Made by a program: the position numbers and the translations under genes
Virus record (IMG/VR): IMGVR_UViG_3300017991_000054
Length of the DNA stretch: 64,000 bases
Source of the DNA: an uncultured virus (IMG/VR IMGVR_UViG_3300017991_000054)
Taxonomy: Duplodnaviria > Heunggongvirae > Uroviricota > Caudoviricetes
Strand: one strand, 5' to 3'
Notes under the pieces: generated by a model
What the model was told of the DNA's origin: nothing
What the model saw: only the letters and a program-made list of their open reading frames with translations
Database searches by the model: none
Shown here: positions 10,386 through 21,671 of the stretch, piece after piece
How positions within the stretch are numbered: the stretch's first letter is position 1
Layout: each line of letters begins with the position of its first letter

Positions 10386-10784
10386 CTATCTTTCTTCGCA
10401 TTCTTTTTCCATCTTTGCGAGACGAGTGTAATATGTAGGACATTCCATCAAATGGTCTTTTGCGATTGATTTTGAGATGGTTTCTGAATCTGTATGTTCC
10501 TTCTCTACTTCAATTCCCATCTCCAATTCATTAGCATCAAACTTAGTATCTGGAATGTGATCATGTTTGCCAACACCAGTAATAAAGTCCGACAAGAGAG
10601 AATAGATATAAGATTCCAGACGATGTGGATTGATTCCCTCTTTCTCTGCAAATTTATGAACTTGATCATCATCCGGATATGGATTCTTTACAAAGAAATT
10701 AACAATTTTATCTTTTATAGATTTCCCACCAACGTCTTCTCGGAAGATATTTCCAAGGTACTTCTTTACTTTTGAACGGCTCAT
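10386..10784 (-). CDS. DUF5661-like protein
   Basis: GIEVEKEH...IAKDHL.E.P.YY.RL..ME. Confidence 0.6.
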   Translation of the reverse strand: MSRSKVKKYLGNIFREDVGGKSIKDKIVNFFVKNPYPDDDQVHKFAEKEGINPHRLESYIYSLLSDFITGVGKHDHIPDTKFDANELEMGIEVEKEHTDSETISKSIAKDHLMECPTYYTRLAKMEKECEER

Positions 10785-10785
10785 C

Positions 10786-11109
10786 TTACCCCCATAGATC
10801 AGATGTCAACTCTTCAGCTTCTTCTTTTCCCTCTTCTTCGCTTTCCTCATGCTCTGGATCTAATCGTTCTAATAAGAATTCAAATTCGCCCACATGAACT
10901 TTTTCTTCTTTTGATATATCTAGTAGAAGTTTTTTAACTGCTGGGTGTATAGCAATCTCAGACATCTGCTCATAAAGATTTGATGCATCTAGTTCAGCAA
11001 TTATTGCCATTCTTAAAATCTCTTTATCTCTATTGTCGGGAGTCGCATTCTTCAGATCTTGAACGGACCCTACAAATATTTCGTTTAGTGTTTCTTTAAT
11101 TTTTTTCAT
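10786..11109 (-). CDS. ferritin/rubrerythrin-like protein (resembles encapsulin-cargo ferritins)
   Basis: AIIAELDA.NLYEQ...EEKVHVGEF di-iron ExxH motif. Confidence 0.8.
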   Translation of the reverse strand: MKKIKETLNEIFVGSVQDLKNATPDNRDKEILRMAIIAELDASNLYEQMSEIAIHPAVKKLLLDISKEEKVHVGEFEFLLERLDPEHEESEEEGKEEAEELTSDLWG

Positions 11110-11609
11110 GCGATACGACCTCCAGGATACATTCTAAATCTAGATCCTGTTTTTAATATCGTGTCTAACGAACTTCCTTTAATCTTTAAAGGTTGATAGT
11201 CTGTCATTTTTGACTTAAATAAAAGATATTGTTTTTGTTTAAACTTAGACTTCTTCACATTTCCCAAGGATACCATATGATACAACCCTTTAATTTTTGC
11301 TCCTTGAAATTGTATCACAATATGTGCAGAGGTTAGTTTTTCTATTCTGCATACACCTTGATCAAATACTGTAATTATTCCACCGCCATATTCTTTCGGG
11401 GGAATCTCGCCTTGAAATAAAGCTTCCTCTTCTGTATGTACATGAGTTTGAATAGCAAGAACCTTTTCACCTGGATTGAGTGGTACCTTCTTTGGTACAG
11501 CAAAACTATACCAATTTTTCATATTCTTTGGATCTTGAAATCTTAAATCTTGATGATATCCAGCTCTTCTTGCTTTATGATCATGTACTACAAATTTAAC
11601 GGTTGCCAT
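11106..11609 (-). CDS. stand-alone LigD 3'-phosphoesterase (PE) domain
   Basis: FVVH.H.A...H.DLRF, SFAVPK, LAIQT..H, F.GEIP..EYGGG...FD.G. Confidence 0.85.
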   Translation of the reverse strand: MATVKFVVHDHKARRAGYHQDLRFQDPKNMKNWYSFAVPKKVPLNPGEKVLAIQTHVHTEEEALFQGEIPPKEYGGGIITVFDQGVCRIEKLTSAHIVIQFQGAKIKGLYHMVSLGNVKKSKFKQKQYLLFKSKMTDYQPLKIKGSSLDTILKTGSRFRMYPGGRIA

Positions 11610-12075
11610 TGGTAGATTCCTTTAGAGCCATGCGAGCAAGACAATATGCGTCACATATATTATCGTCTTCAAAGTCTACACCCCATCTACTCTTAGCAAC
11701 TTTCATCATTTCTTTTTTATCTGCTCTTCCATTATCTGTTGTAAATTTTTTCAAGGTTGTAGGTGGGACAATTTTATAGGGAACTTCTCTCTCAAATAAA
11801 TGCGTAAGGATTAAATATAGAAGACCGCATCTTTCAAACAATGTTGGACTTACAGACATGTATGAAAGACCTTCTATATATACAGCCTCTAATCTACAAA
11901 CATTTGCAATGTATTTAACCTCGTTAAATACATCTAGTACTCTTTGTTCACCATTAAGGTAACATTCTTTGTGAGTAGAGACTAGTTTTGTGTCGTGGAT
12001 ATTTCCTTTGTTGTCAATAATAACTATCGCATTTCCCGTCAAACTGGGGTCGACCCCAACAAAAAATTTCTCCAT
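11596..12075 (-). CDS. RuvC-like Holliday junction resolvase
   Basis: GVDPSLTG, IEG, P..LKKF.T..G.A.K, DDN..DAY. Confidence 0.85.
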   Translation of the reverse strand: MEKFFVGVDPSLTGNAIVIIDNKGNIHDTKLVSTHKECYLNGEQRVLDVFNEVKYIANVCRLEAVYIEGLSYMSVSPTLFERCGLLYLILTHLFEREVPYKIVPPTTLKKFTTDNGRADKKEMMKVAKSRWGVDFEDDNICDAYCLARMALKESTNGNR

Positions 12076-12084
12076 TCAAAACTC

Positions 12085-12804
12085 CTATCCGTGATCAATA
12101 ACCACATTCGGTAAGTATAACCTATCTAGTCTCTCAATTAGTTCTCGTTTCTTCTCCTTACCTTCATCAAAAATTTCTGCGCCGACTGGGATTTCGCCAA
12201 AAGGTGTGCGCATATTCCCGTCACCGTATTTCTTTCTGACACGACCAATTCTAATCATGCAATCCGCCATTGCAAATTCACAAAATATGACTTGATGTTC
12301 ATTTGGGATACCTCCCAAATCAGGTGGTTGTATTCTTTCGTACTCTACTGTACAATGTGTTATGTCGGTAGGGACAGGTGATATACGAAGTATATTAGGA
12401 TGTTTAAACGCAAAGGTTTTGTCCCACGAAGAAAATTGTTTGGTCTCGTTAGCCATCTCAGTAGCCAGCGCCCATTCCCTCAACTCAAAATGTGTGAATG
12501 GTCCGTAAACAGGATGACCATGAATATACAAATCAGTAGCGGGATAATACACATCAATAACATTCATTATCTCAAGATTGTCCGGTTCTACAAGATAGTA
12601 TTCATTTTGTCTTCCAGGGACTTGTAATTGTGTAGCGTTGACATTAAGATCTATTTTGTTTACGTCAGGTACATACCCTGAAAACTCTCTGAGTGAATAA
12701 GTTACAAAATAGTTTATAATGTCATCGTCTGTAAATTCTAGCTGCTGGAATGGAAACCCAAGATTGTCCTTTATATAATCTAGGACACGGGATTGGTTGA
12801 GCAT
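12085..12804 (-). CDS. neck/head-completion protein (T4 gp13-like)
   Basis: DYIK..LG.P...LE.TDD.I N-terminus and G..R.KY...E....L C-terminal pattern. Confidence 0.55.
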   Translation of the reverse strand: MLNQSRVLDYIKDNLGFPFQQLEFTDDDIINYFVTYSLREFSGYVPDVNKIDLNVNATQLQVPGRQNEYYLVEPDNLEIMNVIDVYYPATDLYIHGHPVYGPFTHFELREWALATEMANETKQFSSWDKTFAFKHPNILRISPVPTDITHCTVEYERIQPPDLGGIPNEHQVIFCEFAMADCMIRIGRVRKKYGDGNMRTPFGEIPVGAEIFDEGKEKKRELIERLDRLYLPNVVIDHG

Positions 12805-12806
12805 AA

Positions 12807-13943
12807 TTACCCTCCATAACCATGGTATATATTCTCCAAATCATCCCCTTGAATGTCTATTCTGTTCATTTCTAGAACTTCTCTCATTCGGTCTAATTTA
12901 ACAATGTCGTTTGTATCCAATACTTTCAGTAAGTTCTTTCTTCTCTCTAACATTTCCGTTGTATCCGGATCATCAAAATATCTGGATATCAATTCAAAGG
13001 AAACCAATCGAAGATTATTAGAAATAAGTTTGCGTTTTTCTTCTTCACTAAGTATCTTGTTTATATATTTGTTCTTGATAATTCCTTTAGTGTCGAAGAT
13101 TTGTTTACCCTTCAATACATTTTCGTATAGTTGTTCCATCCCTCCTGTCATCTTTAATAAATCTTTAGCATTAGATAAGAATCGCTTTGGACCAACACCT
13201 TTAACCCCATCAACATCATCTCCAGGATCGCCTATAATCGCCATTGCTAATGGTTGAATTTCATCCCCAAGATCACAGTCACACTTCAACTGTTGTTTCA
13301 TCCCTTCACCCTTTTTGATAATTCTCTTTTTATAAGGGACTTTTGAAAAGATATAACAATGATCATTTACAGTTTGACATAGGTCATGGTCGTTCGAGTA
13401 AACTACATGAGCTACATTTGGGTCCGTTTCAACTAATTTTCTTGTAGTTAGATAATATGGAATAAAGTCAGCTTCAAAATTTAGTAATCTCAATACCTTA
13501 ATATCAGGCAATCGATTACCAGCATTTTCAATTAGAGCAAGATTATTTCTTATGACTTCGAAAAATGTTTTTCGATCTACTGCGTCCAAACCATATAAGT
13601 CATCTATTCGTCTAGACACTTTATACTTCTTACTTACATTATTATGATAATATGACCTACCACTCTCATAAAAAATATAGAACTTAATCTTAATATTTCT
13701 TCGAGCAGCATACACTCTATGGAATGATAGGAAGGATAATAATGAAGTGAACACAGATGTGTCATGTTGACCACTCAATTTTGTAGACTCGACCATATTT
13801 ACAATAGTATGTTCCATATAAATACTTTGTAGACAATTCTTTAGATCTACATAAACGTTAATTACATCATAATCATTGTAGGATATGATCTCGTCTAAAA
13901 TTGAGTACGTTGGGTAGTAGCTTAGTATACTTGATGGGTGCAT
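12807..13943 (-). CDS. 5'-3' exonuclease / flap endonuclease (T4 RNase H-like)
   Basis: EAD, SNDHD..Q, H3TH motif GDPGDDVDGVKGVGPK. Confidence 0.85.
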   Translation of the reverse strand: MHPSSILSYYPTYSILDEIISYNDYDVINVYVDLKNCLQSIYMEHTIVNMVESTKLSGQHDTSVFTSLLSFLSFHRVYAARRNIKIKFYIFYESGRSYYHNNVSKKYKVSRRIDDLYGLDAVDRKTFFEVIRNNLALIENAGNRLPDIKVLRLLNFEADFIPYYLTTRKLVETDPNVAHVVYSNDHDLCQTVNDHCYIFSKVPYKKRIIKKGEGMKQQLKCDCDLGDEIQPLAMAIIGDPGDDVDGVKGVGPKRFLSNAKDLLKMTGGMEQLYENVLKGKQIFDTKGIIKNKYINKILSEEEKRKLISNNLRLVSFELISRYFDDPDTTEMLERRKNLLKVLDTNDIVKLDRMREVLEMNRIDIQGDDLENIYHGYGG

Positions 13944-14479
13944 ATTATAGATCCATTGTTAAATCACAATTAAAGTTAATAGTATCGCCAGGGTCTACCA
14001 TCGTTGGTGGAACAAAGGTAGAAGTTCTATCTGTTCCCATCTCAGGTATTAACCATCGAAACTTAGTTAGTTGTATAGGTCTCGTTACAGAAAATGTAAG
14101 TTTAACGGTAACCTTTTTAAAGTTAATAGGGATCATGTGAGTAGCCGCTAACATATCTTCAACATAAACTGACATTTCAGTTTTATGAACTTTGTTAAAT
14201 CGATCCTTATCTTTCTCCATTACAAACCAATCTCGAAAGTCATTAAACTTCACATCAACCTTAAAATTAGCTTTTATGTCTTTGAGTTCACATTTTCTCT
14301 TCCTGAGATCATCCGTAAGAACTTTTCCGGATCTTTGGAAAATTCGATCAAGAACTTTTCCAAGGGAGTTTCCTCCTGTAATACCCATCCCTTTCCCTCC
14401 TTACACCAATCACATTTCGGACTTTCCTCTTTAGGACCCTCCCACTCATGATGACAAAGATTGCAATGATAAAGTGGCA

Positions 14480-15217
14480 TTATTCAACCTCTGTAAGTGC
14501 ACTCCTGCTATAAATGTTAATGTCAATATCACCTATGGTTGTAGAACATTTATTGGAACAAACATTATCTTGAAAGTTATACATCTTGAAAATTATATCA
14601 CCATCATGGTCAATAATAAATGGTGTGTTAACCAAACTGCTAGTACAATTCATAACTCTCTCAGCCATAATATCAGAAATGATTTTTGCTGTTTGCTCTT
14701 TACTTTGAGTTTGCATTGTCATAGAAGCAGTTTCACCATCAAAAACTACTTGGGTTGTATTGACACTAAACCCCTGAGCAATAACTCTCATACGTTCAGA
14801 GATCGTCGTTGATAGTTCTGTATTCAATATCATGTCTTCTTCATTCAATACAAAGATACTATCAAGTTCCTCATCGGTAAGAAATTTGTTATCCATAAAA
14901 TCTAAATCAGGACCATCGAAATGTAGAGTTGAATATTGGTCAGAAAATGAAAAACTCCCATCATCTTCTACAGTAATTTCAACCTCTTGTTCAGAAAAAA
15001 TCTTTAACAAATCCAACTTTTGTTTTAGATTGATCAATGGAATACTCAAATCGTCGAGAATCGATGTCAACATAATTTCAAATACTGTCGCTTTATCATT
15101 TGTACGTTGTCGAGCAACCCCTTCTTGTATATCAACATCATTACAAATGTCTTTCAAAATTCCCAAACACCTCAAAAACTCTTCATAACGTTCCGCGCTC
15201 AAACCTACTTGCTGCAT
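14480..15217 (-). CDS. putative DNA polymerase sliding clamp
   Basis: 245 aa, very acidic, two-domain size, upstream of it lie primase and clamp loader; contextual call. Confidence 0.5.
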   Translation of the reverse strand: MQQVGLSAERYEEFLRCLGILKDICNDVDIQEGVARQRTNDKATVFEIMLTSILDDLSIPLINLKQKLDLLKIFSEQEVEITVEDDGSFSFSDQYSTLHFDGPDLDFMDNKFLTDEELDSIFVLNEEDMILNTELSTTISERMRVIAQGFSVNTTQVVFDGETASMTMQTQSKEQTAKIISDIMAERVMNCTSSLVNTPFIIDHDGDIIFKMYNFQDNVCSNKCSTTIGDIDINIYSRSALTEVE

Positions 15218-15840
15218 TCCTTCTACCTCCTTTTAGGCGATTCCCCATTTATCTTTTTTTCCAAACCTTCTCCAAAGTCTCTTAGCTAACTTGTATACTT
15301 GCGTACCTTCAAGGTCATTGAACATTTTATCTTTGTTAGCTCCAACACTAAAACATTCACGTTTGATGGTCTCAATCATATTATCGTCTTGATGTAATAC
15401 AAGATTAAAGATCATCTTCGCTCTTGTTCCTCGCATTTAATCCTCCTCTCGACTGGTCAACTTTTTTATTACTGTCACATATACAAATTTATCATTTTTC
15501 TTTTCCTTAGCTTGGATGAAATCAAGTGTAGTAAAACACCGTTCCATTGTTTCTGTGATTTCCATCACTCGATCAGCAATATTTTTTGTACTTGAGTCTG
15601 AGTTAATCGGTATTGAAAAAATGACCAATACTGATTCATCATCCTCATGTAAACAATTGAACATACAGACGTTTGCGCCAAGGAATTTGAATAATCGATC
15701 CTTGGATGTTGCTTTACAAAATAATCCAAAATAATCAATGTCTAACATCGTCCCATCATACCTCAGATTATTTGTCTCGACTGTATCTTCAAATGCTTCT
15801 TTAATTCGTTGTTGTAAAGATACTTTCTTCATAGTCCTCC

Positions 15841-16824
15841 CTATACTACCTGCTTATCCACGATAATTGGTGTAACATTAAAGTCTTTTCCAGACCTATT
15901 GTAATACACCGTTAAGGTGTTAATTAGATGTTTATTATAATATTTTAACTTTTTATAGTAACTTAAATCAACATCAATATCTGATAAGATATGAACATCT
16001 TGTTGAAATATTTGTTCATGGAATGCAATACTTTTTAGGAGAGAAAGGTAGGACGATGAAATTGTAGCTGCATATAATCTTGCTTTATTCCTTAACCCTA
16101 ATGAGTCAAATATATGTTCGGTTGATATGTCATATATTCCCTCAGCTAAGACTACAATTTTAGACAAAAAATTTCCAGTGTCTAGTTTATAATAATCGGT
16201 TAATGGGTACTGTTGCAGCTTCATTCTGTAGTATCTAAAATCAGATTTCTTATCTACATTTCTCAACACCAGGTTCGTATGGTACTCAGAAATGAAACCT
16301 ACAAAGTTTGTGTGGAAATACTGTCGTAGTCCTTCCTCCTTTTCTGACAGCTCTATTTTGTTAATCCTAAAAAATTGGTCTACATCAAATATAAGTCCTT
16401 TGATAGTCTTCAAATTCTCTTTGGCGAATTTGAATCTCTGTCTTGTATACAATGCTTTATAATGAAAAACTTGTTCATCAAGTTGTGGTAGTATAAATCT
16501 CTTTGGTCGAAAAACTGTTCTTTTTAATGTTAGTCGTTTCTTTGCTAGAGATTTAATTTTACCCTGGTCTACATATTTACCTGACGAATCTTTTCCTTCA
16601 ATTTTATTAAGTAGTTTTGATAGTACTCCACTCTGCTTACATCCAGCTCTAAAACAATTAAAGATCGGAGCTTCAATTGAAATCCACAGGTGATCTTTAC
16701 TGGTTGTTCTACCAACATCACACCAGGGACATTTACAAATAATGTTCTTTACATTAACTCGAGGTTTACCACCTAAATTCTCCTCGAGATACTCTAGAAA
16801 CCCTTCTTTGTAAATTCCTGTCAT
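15841..16824 (-). CDS. DNA primase-like protein (Zn finger + TOPRIM)
   Basis: CPWC...CFRAGC zinc finger; EGIYD and D.D TOPRIM acidic motifs. Confidence 0.7.
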   Translation of the reverse strand: MTGIYKEGFLEYLEENLGGKPRVNVKNIICKCPWCDVGRTTSKDHLWISIEAPIFNCFRAGCKQSGVLSKLLNKIEGKDSSGKYVDQGKIKSLAKKRLTLKRTVFRPKRFILPQLDEQVFHYKALYTRQRFKFAKENLKTIKGLIFDVDQFFRINKIELSEKEEGLRQYFHTNFVGFISEYHTNLVLRNVDKKSDFRYYRMKLQQYPLTDYYKLDTGNFLSKIVVLAEGIYDISTEHIFDSLGLRNKARLYAATISSSYLSLLKSIAFHEQIFQQDVHILSDIDVDLSYYKKLKYYNKHLINTLTVYYNRSGKDFNVTPIIVDKQVV

Positions 16825-17040
16825 TAGTGAAATGTCCTAAATACTCTTATTGTTTTTCCGTGATCTTTATAGACAGCAAAAAAATGTTTGCATACTTGAC
16901 ATTGTTGATATGTGCTATCACCATGAAATTTTCCATCTTCACTTAGTTCTAATTCACCTCCACAATCAGGACAACAGCCAGTAAGTACAACAATCCCAAT
17001 CAATGACTTTTCATCATTTGTTACCTGATTACATAATTGA

Positions 17041-17409
17041 CTACACCCCATTGGTAGAATGACACACTCCTTGCATGGGTAAGAGATGCGCCCTTGTAAC
17101 TCTTTGGACGAAGTCGATTGTACCTTCTCCTCCGCACGCCTCACAAATGCCCCAATTCTGAGTTCTACCCGTCCCATTACATTTCTCACATATGAAAAAA
17201 AGCTGCGAATCTTCCCAATCAAGGTATCCACTACCATCACACTTTTCACAATAATCACCATTCCACATAAACCCAGAATCATGTTTTGTTATTCCTGCTA
17301 ACCCAGTACCACCACACCCATTACATTTTCTAAACCCTTCTTCACCAAGTGCTTTAATTCTGGTTCGGACTTGATCTGCAGTCTGGATTTTCGATGGTGT
17401 CAATTTCAT
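17041..17409 (-). CDS. DnaJ-type zinc-finger repeat protein
   Basis: four CxxCxGxG repeats. Confidence 0.75.
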   Translation of the reverse strand: MKLTPSKIQTADQVRTRIKALGEEGFRKCNGCGGTGLAGITKHDSGFMWNGDYCEKCDGSGYLDWEDSQLFFICEKCNGTGRTQNWGICEACGGEGTIDFVQRVTRAHLLPMQGVCHSTNGV

Positions 17410-18389
17410 TTTTCAATACTCCTGTAGTACTGATTCACGCATTGAATAATCTCCATTATCATAGCAGCGAAATGCATTGATGGGACAAGACATGATTGGT
17501 GTTCTCTAGAATATTTATTTACTAATACTTTTGCAGGGACTGGAATTTGTTTTGAATTAAAGAGATTGACATAGATATTTCTAAACTCAAGATCTTGTTT
17601 ATCAAGTAAGTTGATTATTGAAGTCATGAGTTTATTCACTTTATGTGGCTTCTTATCTTTTAAATAACCAACTATCTCAATAATCGAACCAATGATTGCT
17701 TTCTCAGATGTTAAAGCTACATCTTTATTTACTTTTAAAGTTCCATTTATTGAGCGTCGTTGAAGTTCATATACTATCCTTCTAACATCCGGATATAGAT
17801 TATCAATTATAAACTTCAGATCTTCTTCTTGATATTTAACCTTTTCATTAGACAGAATATCTTTGCAGTATTTATCAACAAATTCCATTGGGAGTTGCTT
17901 AAACATATATACTGCAAAACGACTCTGAACTGGGTCAGGAATTTTAGAGAGGTAATTACAAGTAAGAATAAATCTCCCATACTTTACTTGATATTTTTCT
18001 ATTACGCCTCTAAGAGATCTGAAACTTGCTTCCGTTAAGTTGTCACCCTCATCAATAAAAACAATGCGATATTTATCTTGACCTGCGGGTGGGATTTTTA
18101 GAAATGGTTCAATTACTTTATCTACAAAATCAATACCTCTAGTTTCTTTTGCAGAACCGTTTATCTCCAAAACATTATGATCTCTCTGACTTATTACGCC
18201 TGCTTTAGATGTAACAATTCTTGCGAGAGTTGTTTTTCCACCTCCCGCTGGTCCAGACAACAAAATGTTTGGAATTTCTTTATTCTTTAAAAACCTTCCA
18301 AACTCCTGATAGTGGTCTTCAGATAAAGCCACTTCTTTCAATGTTCGAGGTCTGTATTTCTCTACCCACAGAGTTTGTTCTATCTTCAC
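17406..18389 (-). CDS. clamp loader AAA+ subunit (RFC small subunit/T4 gp44-like)
   Basis: LWVEKYRP, GPAGGGKT, DEGD, SRF. Confidence 0.9.
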   Translation of the reverse strand: MKIEQTLWVEKYRPRTLKEVALSEDHYQEFGRFLKNKEIPNILLSGPAGGGKTTLARIVTSKAGVISQRDHNVLEINGSAKETRGIDFVDKVIEPFLKIPPAGQDKYRIVFIDEGDNLTEASFRSLRGVIEKYQVKYGRFILTCNYLSKIPDPVQSRFAVYMFKQLPMEFVDKYCKDILSNEKVKYQEEDLKFIIDNLYPDVRRIVYELQRRSINGTLKVNKDVALTSEKAIIGSIIEIVGYLKDKKPHKVNKLMTSIINLLDKQDLEFRNIYVNLFNSKQIPVPAKVLVNKYSREHQSCLVPSMHFAAMIMEIIQCVNQYYRSIEK

Positions 18390-19337
18390 TTCTCCTCCTT
18401 ACTCTTTGTAAGCTTCTGCAGATTTTGTAATTTCTACAATCATATACTTACAAAATTTATCAAAATCTTGGATTCCTTTCATATCAACTTGAGCTTTTAA
18501 AATTGTTTTTAATGGTTCAAAAATTAGATTAAAGTCTAGTGCAATCCCAGCTTTTGATTTTTCAGGCATCATTGGACATTTTTCACCCGGTTGCAATGCT
18601 GGGTGAGCTGTTCCACATTGGTTACAAATGGGGTTTGCCATTTCCATTTCAACATACCTCCTAACATACTCTTTCATTTGGTTTATGTTACCTTTTGACA
18701 AAATAGTTTCATAAGAAAATTCAAACAAAAAAAAAGAGTCCGAATTAGTCCGGAAACTCTTTTTTCATGTACTCTACTACTCGTCTTAGTTTTTCTTCTG
18801 TGGTTTCTCGTTCCACGAAAAATCTAGATAGTTCCGTTGCACGTTCCTTTGCTCGTTGGACATCCTCCTCTGTCCATCTAGCTTTAATAAAATGAAAAAA
18901 TGCACGAGATTCCTTATCTGGTTCTCCCTCATAATACCTGATGTAAAACGAAAAGTAAGCACCTACTTGAATCCACTCTCGATCTCGCTCTCTGATTTGG
19001 TCTTTTGGAATTTCAGCTTCCATGTCAGGTTTGGTTGGATCTGTTTTATCTTCAAGGTGCGCCCAGAAAGTGTCCTCCGTCACCTCTATAATATATCCTA
19101 CCCATTTCCAAAACTTTTTCATTCTAACACCCTTTTTAACCAGTCTGCAAAACCGGTTACGGTGACCAACCAAATTCCAAGTGCGATTAATATAACACCT
19201 GTCATCAATCCATCAATCAATCTCCACCATTCATTTGGCGCTTTCATCTACCCTCCTAAAAAAATCCACATTCCATTAATAAGACTGCGAGTCCACCTAT
19301 AATGATGATGATGTTAATCACATCCTTCCAATTCAAT

Positions 19338-19850
19338 TTAAGGCCTCCATGAATAATTGTCCGCTCTTCCAGATGGACATGTTTTAGGTTCTGGCTCAGG
19401 TTCTGGTCTACAAATCGCAATACACAACTCAGGTCTTTCTTCTACATCAGATAATCTGACATCTAATTCATCCTCAGTCTCAATTGCAAAATGACACATA
19501 TGATGTACAAGTCCCTCGTAAAGATACATTGCCAGATTACTTCTCCCTTTTTCCAATGGATATTTATACGCTATTATTTCTAGCGCATATATGAAATGGG
19601 TTGCACAATGTAATGAGCAATAATTTATCTCATTTTCGATATCACTCCATTGTGGAAGTCGTTTATTTTTTTCGCACATAAACGTATGATTTTTGTCAGC
19701 GTTATGGAAGACCAGACTCCTCATCCATCTACATATGTCTTTCATATTCTTACAGAAATGAGTGTCTGGCGCCCTTAACCCCTGTACCATTACCGTTTGC
19801 ATTTTCCAAGGTAACTCATTTACCCATTCTCTAAATAAGGGTTGTTTCAT
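19338..19850 (-). CDS. hypothetical phage protein
   Basis: 170-aa ORF in operon. Confidence 0.6.
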   Translation of the reverse strand: MKQPLFREWVNELPWKMQTVMVQGLRAPDTHFCKNMKDICRWMRSLVFHNADKNHTFMCEKNKRLPQWSDIENEINYCSLHCATHFIYALEIIAYKYPLEKGRSNLAMYLYEGLVHHMCHFAIETEDELDVRLSDVEERPELCIAICRPEPEPEPKTCPSGRADNYSWRP

Positions 19851-20396
19851 TCTTCTCTTTTCCCCTTTATCTTTTCTCGAAACCCTTTCCCAAGTTTTTT
19901 GTCTTGGTAGTATTCTTTAACCTCTTGGTCCGTCATATCCTTTAACCTCTTAGGAACAGGAAATAAACAATCTACTGAACACCTTCCCATCCACACATAC
20001 CACTTGAATTGTTCAAAGGAGCAATGTCTATGTCGAGATGTGTACATTGACCATTCTCTTATATGATTGAATGCACCTCGTAGAGAACATGACTCAAAAA
20101 CAGCGACATCAGTCATAACTCCCCATCCAACCGCTTGAGAATATTCCATATAATATCGTTTAGGAAGAATCTCATTATCGAACCTTATTGCCATATAAAT
20201 TCCGAAAGGTATCGCAACACACCCAAGAGGAAAGATTGTCCATGAAAATATTGGGTTTGCTTCTCTTGTTCCTTTGAGGAATAGATATACAGCTTCCCTT
20301 CCAAACCACAGTTGGGCACCAGCTTGAATAAGAAGTATAAACAGCATCCCAACTATCACACATAATCCTACCGTTAATCCTCTCACAACATCCTCC

Positions 20397-21671
20397 CTAC
20401 CAGTTGTTGTAGTTATAAATCACAAATAATTTCTCCCTTGCTCTAGTAACTGCTGTGTACAACCACCTACGATAATCATCATCGTTTTGATATTTATTCC
20501 TTTGGTCAAATAGTATAACCTTATCCCATTCACTCCCCTGTGACTTATGGACGGTGATCGCGTAACCATAGTCAAAAAGGTCAAGGTTAATACAACCATG
20601 GTCTTTCATCGCCTTTTCATATTTCTTACGAAGATTCATCTCAAAGACTTCGTCGTAAGAAACCTGACCAAAACAACCATCATATATCAAGGTAAGATAA
20701 TCATCTCCAATACCATCCATCTTAACGGTTGCGTTCATTAATCCAGGATGACCAGAAGGCATACCAAAGGTCAGTGTACCAATTTGACCATTCATTACAC
20801 CGCTGTTATGATTGTTACGAAGACATATCATTCGTTCACCCAGATAAGGAAATTTCATTTTCCATTTTTTCTTCTCTCGAATCATATTATTCAACTCTAC
20901 TCGAGTTGAGTTAAACCCACATAAACAAATGATATCTTGTTGGAAGTTAATACCTTTGAATGTATTTTGGCATCTTGGGTCTCTCCAATTCATTGCAAAC
21001 ACCGGTTGGTGTAATGACTTTGGATAACCTAAGACGAGTTTTCCAGTTTGTCGTACTCTTTGCGAAAGTTGAATAATAGGGCTATCAAGTGCTTGTCGAT
21101 GAACTTTGGTTAGCATTAATTGAGGGGACTGCATTAAATTGAATTTACCACCTACAGGGGGTAATTGACCATGGTCTCCAATTGCAATAATTGGCACATC
21201 ATAAGACAGCAAGTCATTCCATAATTCTCTATTAACCATAGATGCTTCATCTACAATTACTGCAGTCACATCAAGATCTTCTTTCTTTCTCCAACCGCTG
21301 ATGACTTTCTTTTTAACCCCCTTGATTTTCACTTCTTTCATCAATGGAACATACATTAAACTATGTAATGTCCCACAAAAGTCATCTGGATCTATTACTC
21401 CAGCTTCCCTTAATTTTGTCTTCATAACAAAACTAGCTTTTCCTGTGAATGCAGCAAAAGCAAGACGACCCCACCTTCCTCGTCTTAAGTAATCTACAAG
21501 ATAAGGAATGATTGATGTTTTTCCTGTCCCAGCATATCCACCAACTGTAACATACTGGGACAGGTTTGAGTTGTACCAATCAATTACATTGTTACACACT
21601 TTCTCCTGTTGCTTCGTCAGTTCGATCAACGTTCTCCTCCGTGGTCGCAATTCGAGTTTTGTATGCAACAT
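20397..21671 (-). CDS. SF1 helicase (RecD/Dda-like)
   Basis: GYAGTGKT, AFTGKA, DEASM, GDHGQLPP, HRQ, YAITVHKSQGSE, YTAVTRA. Confidence 0.9.
   Translation of the reverse strand: MLHTKLELRPRRRTLIELTKQQEKVCNNVIDWYNSNLSQYVTVGGYAGTGKTSIIPYLVDYLRRGRWGRLAFAAFTGKASFVMKTKLREAGVIDPDDFCGTLHSLMYVPLMKEVKIKGVKKKVISGWRKKEDLDVTAVIVDEASMVNRELWNDLLSYDVPIIAIGDHGQLPPVGGKFNLMQSPQLMLTKVHRQALDSPIIQLSQRVRQTGKLVLGYPKSLHQPVFAMNWRDPRCQNTFKGINFQQDIICLCGFNSTRVELNNMIREKKKWKMKFPYLGERMICLRNNHNSGVMNGQIGTLTFGMPSGHPGLMNATVKMDGIGDDYLTLIYDGCFGQVSYDEVFEMNLRKKYEKAMKDHGCINLDLFDYGYAITVHKSQGSEWDKVILFDQRNKYQNDDDYRRWLYTAVTRAREKLFVIYNYNNW

Noticed and set aside
16824..17282. long dual-coding overlap with the DnaJ-type zinc-finger gene
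   Set aside because: Only the Cys-rich 3' part looks coding; the true start is probably downstream, so the long overlap is likely an ORF-calling artefact.
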